Notes under the pieces: model-generated
Databases searched by the model: none
What the model was told of the DNA's origin: nothing
What the model saw: only the letters and a program-made list of their open reading frames with translations
Translations under genes and position numbers: made by a program
Source: Chiloscyllium plagiosum
Taxonomy: Eukaryota
Direction of reading: 5' to 3'
Assembly: GCF_004010195.1 (NCBI RefSeq)
Contig: NC_057711.1
Location: 74,661,571 to 74,725,570 of the forward strand
Length of the DNA: 64,000 nucleotides
Shown here: one piece after another, positions 1-11,405 of the stretch
Layout: each line of letters begins with the position of its first letter
Position numbering within the stretch: the first letter of the stretch is position 1

Positions 1-400
1 TGGTCTCCAAATTTGAGGAAAGACATTCTGGCTATTGAGGGAGTGCAGCGTTGGTTCACGAGGTCAATTCCTGGAATGGTGGGACTATCTTATGTTGAAA
101 GATTGGAGCGACTGGGCTTATATACCCTTGAGTTTAGAAGACTGGGAGGGGATCTGATTGAGACGTATAAGATTATTAAAGGATTGGACACTCTGGAGGC
201 AGGAAACATGTTTCCGCTGATGGGTGAGTCCCGAACCAGAGGACACAGCTTAAAAATAAGGGGTAGGCCATTTAGAGAGAGATGAGGAGAAACTTCTTCA
301 CCCAGAGAGTGGTTGGTGTGTGGAATGCTCTGGAGTTGGATAGAGCTCTCAAGGATAGTGGAATCAAGGTTTATGGAGATAAGGCAGGAACAGGATACCA
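1..400 (+). mobile_element. CR1-type LINE, 3' part of ORF2 (runs off the window start)
   Basis: ORF 13..285 reads LRKDILAIEGVQRWFTR...GDLIETYKIIKG...SRTRGHSLKI, the typical CR1 ORF2 C-terminus. Confidence 0.9.
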
Positions 401-599
401 GGTGTAAATGCCCTTCTGGAGGCAAAATACACATCAAATGCCACTGCCACATCATACTGTACATCACCATCTCAATATCATCTCCATTCTCAGTATACTA
501 TAATCATGTGGGGTGGTTGCTGGCATTTCCTGCATCCTTCAAGAAGACTCTTTCAAGTGGACTAGGTGGACACACATGACCAATCGTTCCAAATGTCAC

Positions 600-1310
600 C
601 ATTTCTCTTTGTTTGTTTTTCACAGGCTCTTTTCAGAAGTTGGCACAAGCTATGTGGAGAATCTCACAATATGTTGCTCACAAATGCCTTAAAAAGGTGA
701 CCAGTGCCATGTATATTAAGGCTGTAAATTGTGTAGACTTCGCCACTGATGAGGCCATTCGAATGAAAGAGAGATTGATTTTACAGCCTTGGTTGGCTTC
801 CCACTGCACAATCAATGTATTCTTAGTTCACGCTGTAGTGTTTTTAACAAATGGAAGGCTTTTCACTCCATCAAAGTCCAGCACAAATGCAACTAAAATA
901 GACATCATACATGTTTGTACAAGATTCCCAGGAAATCACTATGATTCCTAAATATTGTGCAGCAGTCAAAGTCGCTGCGATCTTCACAACTCAAAGCAGA
1001 TATCTTCTTAGAGAAAAGGGCACACCACTGACGATGTAACTGGTGGGACCTATTATGAAGCTAGCAACCATGCCTGGCAGTTAGAATTGAAGCTCACTGA
1101 TCACAAGAGTTATCAATGAACAAGTATTCTGTTGTGAGTGATGCATTTTCTAGAATCTGGTTTCCAGCATCTGCAGTCCTTGTTTTTACCTATGGATTTT
1201 AAGTGCCTGGTCAGATCTGGGCATGCTCTTCAGTATGAAATGGTCTAGTGCAATGATAATGGGCTGCTGCATCTTGCAAAACATAGTGCTGCAGCAGCAG
1301 CAAGACTGGA
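600..1310 (+). mobile_element. Decayed PIF/Harbinger (HARBI1-like) DDE transposase
   Basis: Ordered motifs FFTGSFQ, CTRFPGNHYDS (cf. ARxPGSxHD), FKCLVRSGHALQYE (1198-1239) and CCILQNI (1265-1285). Frameshifted, with a short Penelope-derived insert at about 1150-1190. Confidence 0.75.
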
Positions 1311-1462
1311 TCTTTAGGGGCAGGAAAGTGCTGACACTATGTCATTTCAGAGGAGGAGAAATAGAACCTTGATGCGGCTAGGCCACCCTTTGGTTTTCTT
1401 GTAATGAAGAAAATTACAGTCTAGAATGAATAAGTGAAGAGAGATATTTTAGATGCATGGCA

Positions 1463-2495
1463 GCATAGAAAATAGGGACAGAAGGAGACCATTCAGCCCT
1501 TTGAGTCTTCTCCATAATTCAATATGATCATGGCCAATCATCCAACTGGATACCTTGTTTCTGCTTTTTCTACATGTCCTTTGATCTCTTTAGCCCTCAG
1601 AATTATATCTAATTCCTTCTTGAAAACATTCAGCATTTTGACCTTAGCCAATTTCTATGGCAGAGAATTCCACAGGCTCACCACTCTCTCTAGGTGAAGA
1701 AATTTCTCCTCATTTCAGTCCATATTTGCTGAGCCTATAAGCTTAGACAGTGATCTCCAGTTCTGGACTTCCTGTTCATTAGAACATCCTTCACGTGCAT
1801 ACCCTTCCTGGTTCTATTAGTTTTGTAGGTTCCTATGAAATTCTCCCCCCTCACTGTTCTATACTCCAGTGAACATAATCCTAACTAACCTAGTCTATTT
1901 TTACATTAGAATCCCTTCAGTATGGAAACAGGCCCTTCAGCCCAACAAGTCCACACCAGCCCTCCAAAGCGAAACCCACCCGGATCCATTCCCCAATATT
2001 TACCCCTGACTAATGCACCTAACACTAATGGGCAATTTAGCATGGCCAATTCATCTGGCCTGCACATCTTTGGATTGTGGGAGGAAACCATGCAGACACA
2101 GGGAGAACATGCAAACTCCACACAGACAGTTGCCCAATGTGGGAATCAAACCTGGGCCCCTGGTGCTGTGAGGCAGCAGTGCTAACCACTGAACACCGTG
2201 CCACCCCTATCTGCATATGTCAGTCCTCTCATCCTTGAAATCAGTCTGGTAAACCTTTATAACACTCATTACATTTTGTTCCAAGGTAAAGAACAGAGCT
2301 CAGGCTATCATGATGAGGTGTGGGGTGGGGATGGTGGGACCGGTGAACTGCACAAGGCAGCTTGACGATAATCTTGTTACACTCCCTCCCTAGCCAGAAC
2401 ATCTTTCCTCAGATATGGAGACCAAAGCTGCACACAGTATTCCTGATGTGGTCTCACCAAGGCCCTGCACAATTGTAGCAATGGCAGATGCTGCA
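1463..2495 (-). mobile_element. CR1-type LINE 3' fragment, interrupted by a SINE
   Basis: Reverse complement of a CR1 3' UTR and ORF2 end; ORF 2377..2634(-) contains ALVRPHQEYCVQLWSPYLRKDV. Confidence 0.8.
1906..2207 (-). mobile_element. HE1-type tRNA-derived SINE
   Basis: tRNA-like head (rc GGTGGCACGGTGTTCAGTGGTTAGCACTGCTGCC), conserved body TGTGTGGAGTTTGCATGTTCTCCC and CR1-like tail. Confidence 0.9.
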
Positions 2496-3126
2496 TTGGA
2501 AAGCTGTATTTGAGGAGCAGGCAGAAAGAAATAAGTGGTAGAGAACATAATAAATTGAAGGCCTTACTTAGAGGTAAGGATATTTGCAGACACCCACAGC
2601 CCAAGGTTCTGTTGTCAAGTGTCTTAATGTACAAGTTGCGGTATTGGTTTAGAAAACAATATTAAGTTTGGTGGCAGCTCAGGGAGGAAAATATCCCACC
2701 AAAGCAAAGTTCAGAAGTTAAACAGGATCCAAGATGTACAGCTACAAAAGCAAACCTGTAGGCAGTACAGGACTTCAGAATACTACAAAGGTGCAAATGA
2801 GTAAGAAGCCAGAAGACTCGGAAGGCAGACCAAGAATTTACTTCAAGGAAAGACAAAGCTGGAATAAGACAAAGTCCTCAAGCCAACAGAAGACTTGAAT
2901 TGCTGGGCCATGGAATGTGAAGTCTCTGAATGGCAAAATCAAGAAGCTCAGAAAACTTTGGCAATCGAGATAATAAATGGCAATACATTGGGGTGGAATA
3001 ATACCAGATTAGATTATTTTAACAGGAAGAAGGAAAACCTAGCTAATCACTGAGATCAGTCAGGTTTACTGGTTCATAGAAATGGCAGCGCTTGTAGAGA
3101 CCTTGCCTTTACTTCAATCATTTGAA

Positions 3127-3450
3127 GGGGTGGCACTGTGGCTCAATGGTTAGTATGGCTGCCCTTCAGAGCCAGGGACCCAGGTTTGATTCCACCCTCA
3201 GTCTCTATGGAGTTTACATATTCTTATTGTGTCTGCAAGGGTTTCTCCCAGTCTCCTCCCTCAAAGCTGTGCAGGTTAGGTGGGTTGGCCATGCTAAATT
3301 GCCCACAGGGATGTGAAGGCGAGGTAGATTAGCCTTAGGAAATGCAGAGTTACAAGGATGAGGTGGGTCTGGGTGGAATGCTCTTCAGAGGGTCAGTGTG
3401 GACTTGAGGGGACAAATGGCTTGCTTCCATATTGTAGGGATTCTATGACT
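3127..3450 (+). mobile_element. HE1-type SINE (diverged)
   Basis: Head GGTGGCACTGTGGCTCAATGGTTAG, body GGCCATGCTAAATTGCCC, tail ending GATTCTATGACT. Confidence 0.85.
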
Positions 3451-3609
3451 TTGGTAGTACAGGGGACCTACAAAATGATCAGAAATGGAGCTCTGGGACT
3501 GGCAGCTTTAATACTACAGAATGGCTCCAGTTTTTTATGCAATTCAGTTGCAAAATCATGTCAATGTTTTTATAGGCTCATGGGATATTGCCATGACTGG
3601 CCAGGCCAC

Positions 3610-4179
3610 CATTTAGTATCTCCCCCATTTTCTGCGGCTCATTAGTTGTTGGATATGCAGTACTTGGGAAGCTGGTGGTGGGGTGATGATGTCACTGGCC
3701 TAGTAATCCAGATCATCTGGAGAAGATGAGTTCAAATCCCATCATGGCAGATGGTTAACATTTGAAATCATTTTTTTTTTAAAAAGCTAATAAAGCTGGT
3801 CTAATGCTGATCATGTAACCATTGTCTGCTGCTAATTGTCCAGATGGCAGTTGACAGTCAAACATATTGCTGTGGCTCTGGAGTCACGTGTAGGCCAGAC
3901 CAGGTAAGGACAGCAGGTTTCCTTCCCTAAAGGTCATTAGTGAAGCAGATGGGTTTTCACAACAAACAATAATGGTTACATGATCAGCATTAGACCAGCG
4001 TTATTAGCTTTTTTTAAAAAAATTGATTTCAAATGTTAACCATCTGCCATGATGGGATTTGAACTCATCTTCTCCGGATGATCTGGATTACTAGGCCAGT
4101 GACATCATCACCCCACCACCAGCTTCCCAAGTACTGCATATCCAATAACTAACGCAGAAAAGGGGGGAGATACTAAATG
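3610..4179. repeat. Long near-perfect inverted repeat (arms 3610-3823 and 3971-4179)
   Basis: The two ~210 bp arms are reverse complements with only a few differences; 147 bp spacer. Confidence 0.95.
3824..4125 (-). mobile_element. tRNA-derived SINE-like element (family not named)
   Basis: rc head GGTGGTGGGGTGATGATGTCACTGG...GAGTTCAAATCCC and core TTCACTAATGACCTTTAGGGAAGGAAACCTGCTGTCCTTACC. Same family at 25060-25270(-) and 49790-51090(+). Confidence 0.7.
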
Positions 4180-5880
4180 AGTATTTTGCATCAGCATTTA
4201 CTGTGCAAAAGGATATGGAAGATATACACTTGTAAGGAAATAGATGGTGACACCTTGCAAACTGTCCAAACTATAGAGGATGAAGTGCTGGATGTCTTGA
4301 AATGCATAAAGGTGGACAAATCCCCAGGACCTGATGAGGTATAGCCTAGAACTCTGTGGGAAGCTAGAGAAGTAATTCCTGGGCCTCTTGCTGAGATATT
4401 TGTATAATCGATAGTCACAGGTGAGGTGTCAGAAGACTGGAGGTTGGCTAACGTGGTGCCACTGTTTAAGAAGGGAGATAAGGACAAGCCAGGGTACTAT
4501 AGACCAGTGAGACTGACCTCGGTGGTGGGCAAGTTGTTGGAGGGAATTCTGAGGGACAGGATGTACATGTATTTGGAAAGGCAAGTTCTGATTAGGGATA
4601 GTCAACATGGCTTTGTGCATGGGAAATCATGTCTCACAAACTTGATTGAGTTTTTTGAGGCAGTAACAAAGAGGATTAAAGAGGGCAGAGCAGTAGATGT
4701 GATCTATATGGATTTCTGTAAGGCGTTCAACAAGGTTCCTCATGGGAGACTGATTAGCAAGGTTAGATCTCACGGAATACAGGGGGAACTAGCAATTTGG
4801 ATACAGAACTGGCTCAAAGGTAGAAGACAGAGGATGGTGGTGGAGGGTTGTTTTTCAGACTGGAGGCCTGTGACCAATGGAGTGCCATAAGGATTGGTGT
4901 TGGGTCCTCTACTTTTTATATTTTACATAAGTGATTTGGATTTGAGCATAAGGGGTACAGTTAGTAAGTTTGCAGATGACACCAAAATTGGAAGTGTAGT
5001 GGACAGCGAAGAGGGTTACCTCACATTACAACAGGATCTTGACCAGATGGGCCAATGGGCAGAGAAGTGGCAGATGGTGGTTAATTCAGATAAATGCGAG
5101 GTGCTGCATTTTGGGAAAGCAAATCTTAGCAGGACGTATACACTTAATGGTAAGGGTGTGTTACTGAACAAAGAGACCTTGTAGTGCAGGTTCATAGCTC
5201 CTTGAAAGTGGAGTCACAGGTAGATAGGATAGTGAAGAAGGCATTTGGTATGTTTTCTTTTATTAGTCAGAGTATTGAGTACAGGAGTTGGGAGGTCATG
5301 TTGTGGCTGTACAGGAGATTGGTTAGGCCACTGTTGGAATATTGCATGCAATATTGGTCTCCTTCCTATCGGAAAGATGTTGTGAAACTTGAAAGTGTTC
5401 AGAAAGGATGTACAAGGATGTTGCCAGGGTTGGACGATCTGAGCTACAGGGAGAGGCTGAACAGGCTGGGGCTGTTTTCCCTGGAGCATCAGAGACTGAG
5501 GGTTGACCTTATAGAGGTTTACAAAATTATGAGGGGCATGGATAGGATAAATTGACAAAGTCTTTTCCCTGGGGTCAGGGAGTCTCGAACTAGAGGGCAT
5601 AGGTTTAAGGTGAGAGGGGAAAGATATAAAAGAGACCTAAGGGGCAACTGTTTCACACAGAGGGTGGTACGTGTATGGAATGAGCTGCCAGAGGAAGTGG
5701 TGGAGGCTGGTACAATTGCAACATTTAAGAGGCATTTGGATGGGTATATGAATAGGAAGGGTTTGGAGGGATATGGGCCAGGTGCTGGCAGGTGGGACTA
5801 GATTGGGTTAGGATATCTGGTTGGCATGGATGAGTTGGACCAAAGGGTCTGTTTCCATGATGTACATCTCTATGACTCTA
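4153..5880 (+). mobile_element. 5'-truncated CR1 LINE (RT domain plus 3' UTR), relatively young
   Basis: ORFs 4426..5801 with WRLANVVPLFKKG, YRPVRLTS, SCLTNLIEFFE, SKFADDTK and LVRPLLEYC; ends in a TCTATGAC-type tail. Confidence 0.95.
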
Positions 5881-6337
5881 ATGATGTCCGAACAAGGCCA
5901 AATGTTGATTAATATACTAAAGAGTATGATGCATTGATTAAAACATTCATTGTGTGTTTTAGGTCTAAGAGAAATGCAGTGATAGAATGTGCAAGAACTA
6001 TTCAGGGATTGCTAAAATAAATAAGTAATGGATTTACACTGTCCAGCAAGATTTTGCATGTCCAGAGCTTTGAAGGATGGATTAATTGAAGATTGCACAG
6101 CAGTTGGAGTAAAGGGTAAAAAGTTCTTCAATCCAAGGAGCCTTTAATAGCAGAACAGGGAATCTAGTTTGGTCTGCAGGCAGAAATCAGATCCTAAAAT
6201 TAAAATTGGTCAGTGCTGTGAGGAAACACTGGGGATCCTTCTGACAATGTCAGATATCTATGTCCCCAAATGGTATGGTCCCTCTCCTGAAAGCCTGCCA
6301 AAATGCCAAAAGAGTGGGAACCAAAGCAATTGACCAT

Positions 6338-6681
6338 ATTATACAAGACAATGAGAGGCATAGGTAGAGTCGATAGCCAGAGACTATTTCCCAGGGCAGA
6401 AATGGCTAACACGAGGGGTTATAGTTTTAAGCTGGTTGGAGGAAAGGGTATAGAGGGGATGTCAGAGGCGGGTTCTTTACACAGAGAGTTTTGAGAGCAT
6501 GGACTGCGTTGCCAGCAGCAGTTGTGGAAGCAAAGTCATTGGGGACATTTAAGAGACTGCTGGACATGCATATGGTCACAGAAATTTGAGGGTGCATACA
6601 TGAGGATTAATGGTCAGAACAACATCGTGGGCTGAAGGGCTTGTTCCGTGCTGTACTGTTCTATATTCTATGTTCTATGTT
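6338..6681 (+). mobile_element. CR1 3' end fragment
   Basis: YKTMRGIGRVDSQRLFPR..NTRGYSFK followed by a 3' UTR ending in CTATGTT-type repeats. Confidence 0.85.
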
Positions 6682-7284
6682 AAGTTGGACAAGTTATGAC
6701 TACTAACAAAAATACAAGTGTAACAAACATTGAGCAGTGCACAGCTGAGTGCTTTATGTTTGCACAGATTGGACCCGTCTAGAAAATCTTGAAGGGTAAC
6801 AACACCTTCATTACTTCAAAAACAAAGAAAGAAAAGAAATATGCAGAGAAATGAAAATTACGCAACAAGGATAAAGTTCAAGAAGTGAAAGATATGGAAC
6901 TAAAGGTGAGGGTGACGTTCCTAATTGAAGTCAAAGAGAATCAAAATAGATTCTGGACAATCAATATGAAGGTACAAGGGATTGAACCAGAATTTAAACT
7001 TAACATAGGAATAGCTATTTCAATGCTTGTTATATTTGAGGCCTGTTAAATTCAGACCAGTAAATACAAAACATTCAATGTCCAGGCAGAACAGATCATC
7101 AGTAGTGAGAGCAAATTGCCACAAATCTTAGACATAGAGAATGAAATGTCAGTAAAGTATTATATATACAGAGGAATCAGCATACCTCATTGTTGAGCAG
7201 AAATACATGTATTTATCTAGCACTCTAAGACAGAGTGTATTCAGTACTTCAGTACAGAGAGGTGGAAGAATATTGGCAATTATT

Positions 7285-8043
7285 TCCAAGATCAAACATT
7301 ACATGACACCAGGTTATAGTCCAACAGGTTCATTTGAAAGCACTAGCTTTCGGACCACTGTTCTTTCATCAGGTGTTAGCGAGGGAGGAAGACCTTCGCC
7401 ACAGAATTCATAAGGAAAAGATCAAAGAGTCATACAACTCATGCAAATGAATCAAACACACTTAAGCTGACTCTTAAGTCTTTAATTGGTTATAATGGAG
7501 GTGAAGGTTTTGATCAATTAATATGCAAATCCCAGAATTTCTTTTAAGTCATTTCCCTGAGATAGCTTAAAGTGTTATCAATATAAAGGAGGTGACACCG
7601 CCAGTCAAACATTGTATTTTAGGCATGAGGTCTTGTTTGGAGTCAGTCTGTGTCATTTATTTCCAAAGTAGGAGTTTGTAAAATGCTACATTGACTGACT
7701 GTCACCTCCTTTATATTGATAACATCTTAAGTTATCTCAGGGCAGTGACTTGAAATAAATTCTGGGATTTGCATATTAATCAATCGAAACCTGCACCTCC
7801 ATTCTGGCTGATTAAAGATTTAAGAGCCATCTTAAGTGTGTCCAATTCATTCACATGAGTTGTATGATCCTTTGAACTTTCCCTTATAAGTTCTGTGTCT
7901 AAGGTCTTTCTCCCTCACTAACGCCTGATGAAGGAGCAGTGCTCCGAAAGCTCATGCTTTTAAATAAACCAGTTGGACTATTACCTGGGGTCCTGTGATT
8001 TTTGACCTTGTCCAACCCAGTCCAAAACCAACACCACCACATC
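7285..8043. mobile_element. Penelope-derived fold-back element with ~310 bp inverted arms and hammerhead cores
   Basis: About 7287-7597 is the reverse complement of about 7701-8010; CUGAUGA..GAAA cores in both arms. Confidence 0.8.
7921..7957 (+). ncRNA. Minimal hammerhead ribozyme core
   Basis: CTGATGA-A-GGAGC-AGT-GCTCC-GAAA-GCT; opposite-strand copy at 7341-7375 has stem I CAC/GTG but a degenerate stem II. Confidence 0.65.
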
Positions 8044-8125
8044 AAGAATTTCTAAAGCTAGTTAAAGATTGAGACAAACTGAAGCAGGGTTATCATATTA
8101 CTCTGCAAGAGGATGCTAAATCATT

Positions 8126-8520
8126 CATAGAGTTTTAGAGTCAGACAACATTTTGGTCCAACTGTGCTTGGTCATCCATGTTGACCAGGTTTCTCAAACT
8201 AAACTTGTCCCACTTGCCTGCATTTGACCCATATCCCTCTATACCTTTCCTATTCATATAACTGTCCAAATGTCTTATAAATGTTGTAACTGTACCTGCA
8301 TTGCCACTTTCTCTGATAGTTCATTCCACAATCACCCTCTGTGTGAAAATATTGCTCCTCAGGACCTTTAAATCTTTCTCCTCTCACCTTCCAAATATGT
8401 CCTTTAGTTTTGAACTCTACTACCCTAGGGAAAAGATCTTTGCTATTTTCCTTATCCAAGTCCCTCAAGATTTAATAAACATCTATAAGGTCACCCCTGA
8501 ACCTTCTATGCCTCAGCCTG
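8126..8520 (-). mobile_element. CR1 3' end fragment
   Basis: ORF 8250..8468(-) KDLFPRVVEFKTKGHIWKVRGERFK plus 3' UTR. Confidence 0.85.
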
Positions 8521-9464
8521 GAAAATTCTTCATGCTTTGATTGGAAATGTAAAATGTCAATTACATAGCATGATTGTAAATGGGGAGACAGAACTGACAC
8601 AACAGTGCTCAGGGCTAATAACTGTTCTCAAGACAAATGGAGAACAATTTTTGTGAGTGAAAATTTCCCCTTCCTGGATTGGTATGGAAGATAGTGCAAA
8701 CAGCAAATAATTAGACAAGTTGGCCCTGGTGAGGTAAGCTCCCCTTTCTCAACGCCTTAACAATTAAATGCTGAACGAAAAAGTCCGTGTGCCATCGTCT
8801 AGATACAACACCAATTAAGACCATGCAATGGTCCAATAATGGCCACTTAAGGGCCACAATTTGTGCCCATTCCTGTGACCTGCCTTTCTGGAAGGTGAGT
8901 AAACTGGCTGCTTCCTGAGGACAGGTATCCAATGAAACAGAAAGAAGTGCATTGGGATATCAGATGTCTTCAGATTACCTTAGATTGATAGGTATAACAA
9001 ACATCTGATGACATTTTTAGGATCAAAGGAAATTTGAACAACTGCCTCTACACATTCAAAGATTCAGGCTTAAAATGATGAGATGTGATTATACAATAGT
9101 CCATGTTCTAACAAGACACAAGTCACAACAAATAGACTCTTGAAGGCAGCAGTGGATTGAGAAGCATAAAGGGTTGTATTTTTGAAGAAAAGTTAGAGTC
9201 TTACTCAATATCTTTAACCAATACTTTACTGGCAACTGAGAACAAATGCTGCCAAATCTGTGTAGCATAAAATCTGATGAGGAATGCACTAAGTTCAGAC
9301 AAGAATGGGGCGCTGGAAAAGCATAGCAGGTCAGGCAGCATCCGAGGAGCAGGAGAATCGATAAGGAATCTATCTGCAAGGGTGATTGAAATATAGTTCA
9401 GGAAACCAAGTGCTGAGAAAAATACCAAAAACAGAATCAACATTGGACAATAGTGGAAGATTTA

Positions 9465-10398
9465 ATGATGTTGTTTGTGATATACATAAATGATCTGGAA
9501 GAGGGCACTGTTAGTATGATCAGCCAGTTTGCAGATGGCATGAAGATTGGTAGAGTAGCAGAAAGCATAAGGGACAGTCAAAGAATACAGGAGCATATAG
9601 ATAGACTGGAGAGTTGGGCCGAAAAGTGGCAGATGGATTTCAATCCAGACAAACGTGAGGTGATGCATTTCGGCAAGACTAATTGTAGAGCAAATTATAC
9701 AATGAACGGAAGAGCCTTGGGAAAAGTTGATGGGCAGAGAGATCTGGGAGTGAAGGTTGCTGCACAGGTTGATAGAGTGGTCAAGAATGCTTGTCTTCAT
9801 TGGATAGGATATTGAGTATAAGAGCTGGCAAGTCATGTTAAAATTGTACAAGACAGTGGCTCAGCCGCATTTAGAATACTGTGTACAGTTATGGTCACCA
9901 CATTACCAAAGGGATGTGGACACTTTGGAGACGGTGCAGAGAAGGTTTACAAGGGTGTTGCCTGGTATGGAAGGTGCTAGCTATGAAGAGAGGTTGAGTA
10001 GGTTAGGTTTGTTTTCATTAGAGGGGGGACCTGATTGAGGTTTACAAAATTATGAAGGGTATAGACAGGGAGGATAGAGACAAGCTTTTTCCCAGGGTGA
10101 AGGATTCAATAACGAGACGTCACACTTTCAAGGTGAGAGGTGGAAAGTTTAAGGAGGATACACATGGCAAGTACTTCACACAGAGGGTAGTGGGCGTTTG
10201 GAACGCGTTGCCAGAGAGGTGGTACAGGTACGGTAGATTCATTTAAGATGCGTCTGGACAGATGCATGAGTAAGTAGGGAGCAGAGGGATACAGATGCTT
10301 AGGAATTGGGCGACAGGTTTAGACAGTACATTTGGATCAGCTCAGGCTTGGAGGGCCAAAGGGCCTGTTCCTGGGCTGTAAATTTTCTTTGTTCTTTG
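9465..10398 (+). mobile_element. 5'-truncated CR1 LINE
   Basis: LFVIYINDL, SQFADGMK, WAEKWQMDFN, HLEYCVQLWSP; tail TTCTTTGTTCTTTG. Confidence 0.9.
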
Positions 10399-10551
10399 AT
10401 GTTTGTATGACCATACTAAAGTCAATATGAAGACAAATCTTACAGAAACTCTATGGGGACATCTAGACTTCACAAAGTTCAGAAAAAGAGGACAACAGTC
10501 AGTGTGGTGACCAAGAATTTAGAAGGAGGTACAGGGTGAAATTTTGTTACA

Positions 10552-11405
10552 GACAAATCACCAACCTATTTACACTAATCCCACTTTCCAGCATTTGACC
10601 CATAGCCTCGACTGTTATTATATTTCATGTCCTCATCCATGTAAATTGTAAAGGTTGGGAGGTTTTCAGCATCTACTGGCCTTCCAGCCAATGCATTCCA
10701 GATTCTTGCAATGTCTGGAATCAAAACTAAACCTCCTGCCTTTCACCTTAAAATTATGTCTCTTCATTATTGGCCTTTCAACGAAGTAGAACAGATACTT
10801 CCTACCACCCATTCCATGCCCCTCATAATCTTATACACCTCAATCAGGTCCCCACTCTGTCTTGTCTGCTATATAGAAAACTGCATTTATCCAGCATCTC
10901 TTCATAGCTAAAATACTCCAACCCAGGCAACACCCCGGTAAATTTCTTCTGCACTCCATCCAGTGCAATTATATCCTTCCTACAGTGAGGCGAACAGGAC
11001 TACACACAGTACTCCAGCTATTGCCTAACCAAAGGTTTGCTCCAACATAACCTTCCTGGTGTGATAATCTATGCCACAACTGATAAGGGCAAGAGTCCCA
11101 TATGCCATCCTGTTAACCTGTCCAGCCACTGTCAGGGACTTATGGACAAATACTCTCTCCCTCTGAAATTCCTGGTGTCCTGCCATTCATTGAGTACCCC
11201 TTGTCTTGTTACTTTTTCCAAAGTGCATGACCTCAGAGTTAAAATCTTTCAGCTACAGATCTGCCTATCTGATTAGCCTGTCTATATCTTACTGTCACTT
11301 AAGACCATCCTCCTCATTGTTAACCACCCGGCCAATCATCATGTCATTTGCAAACATACTTATCATCAATCTCTACACCCCCCCCCCCCACCTCATCTAT
11401 ATTGT
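10552..11405 (-). mobile_element. Decayed CR1 LINE fragment
   Basis: Reverse complement matches CR1 RT end and 3' region (rc CTGGAGTACTGTGTGTAGTCCTG, GTATGTTTGCAAATGACATG). Confidence 0.75.

Larger units (their letters stand above)
5885..10550 (+). mobile_element. Highly decayed Gypsy LTR retrotransposon, internal fragments split by later insertions
   Basis: Protease-like EFKLNIGIAISML (~6990-7030), EFLKLVK...YHITLQEDAK (~8046-8120) and an integrase zinc-binding-like segment QILQKL...HL...RKRGQQSVW (~10430-10520). Confidence 0.6.

Noticed and set aside
8650..8940. Possible decayed DNA-transposon subterminal sequence (GGCCACTTAAGGGCC); similar-looking patches near 20930-21150 and 63030-63210
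   Set aside because: No terminal inverted repeats or TSD could be demonstrated by eye
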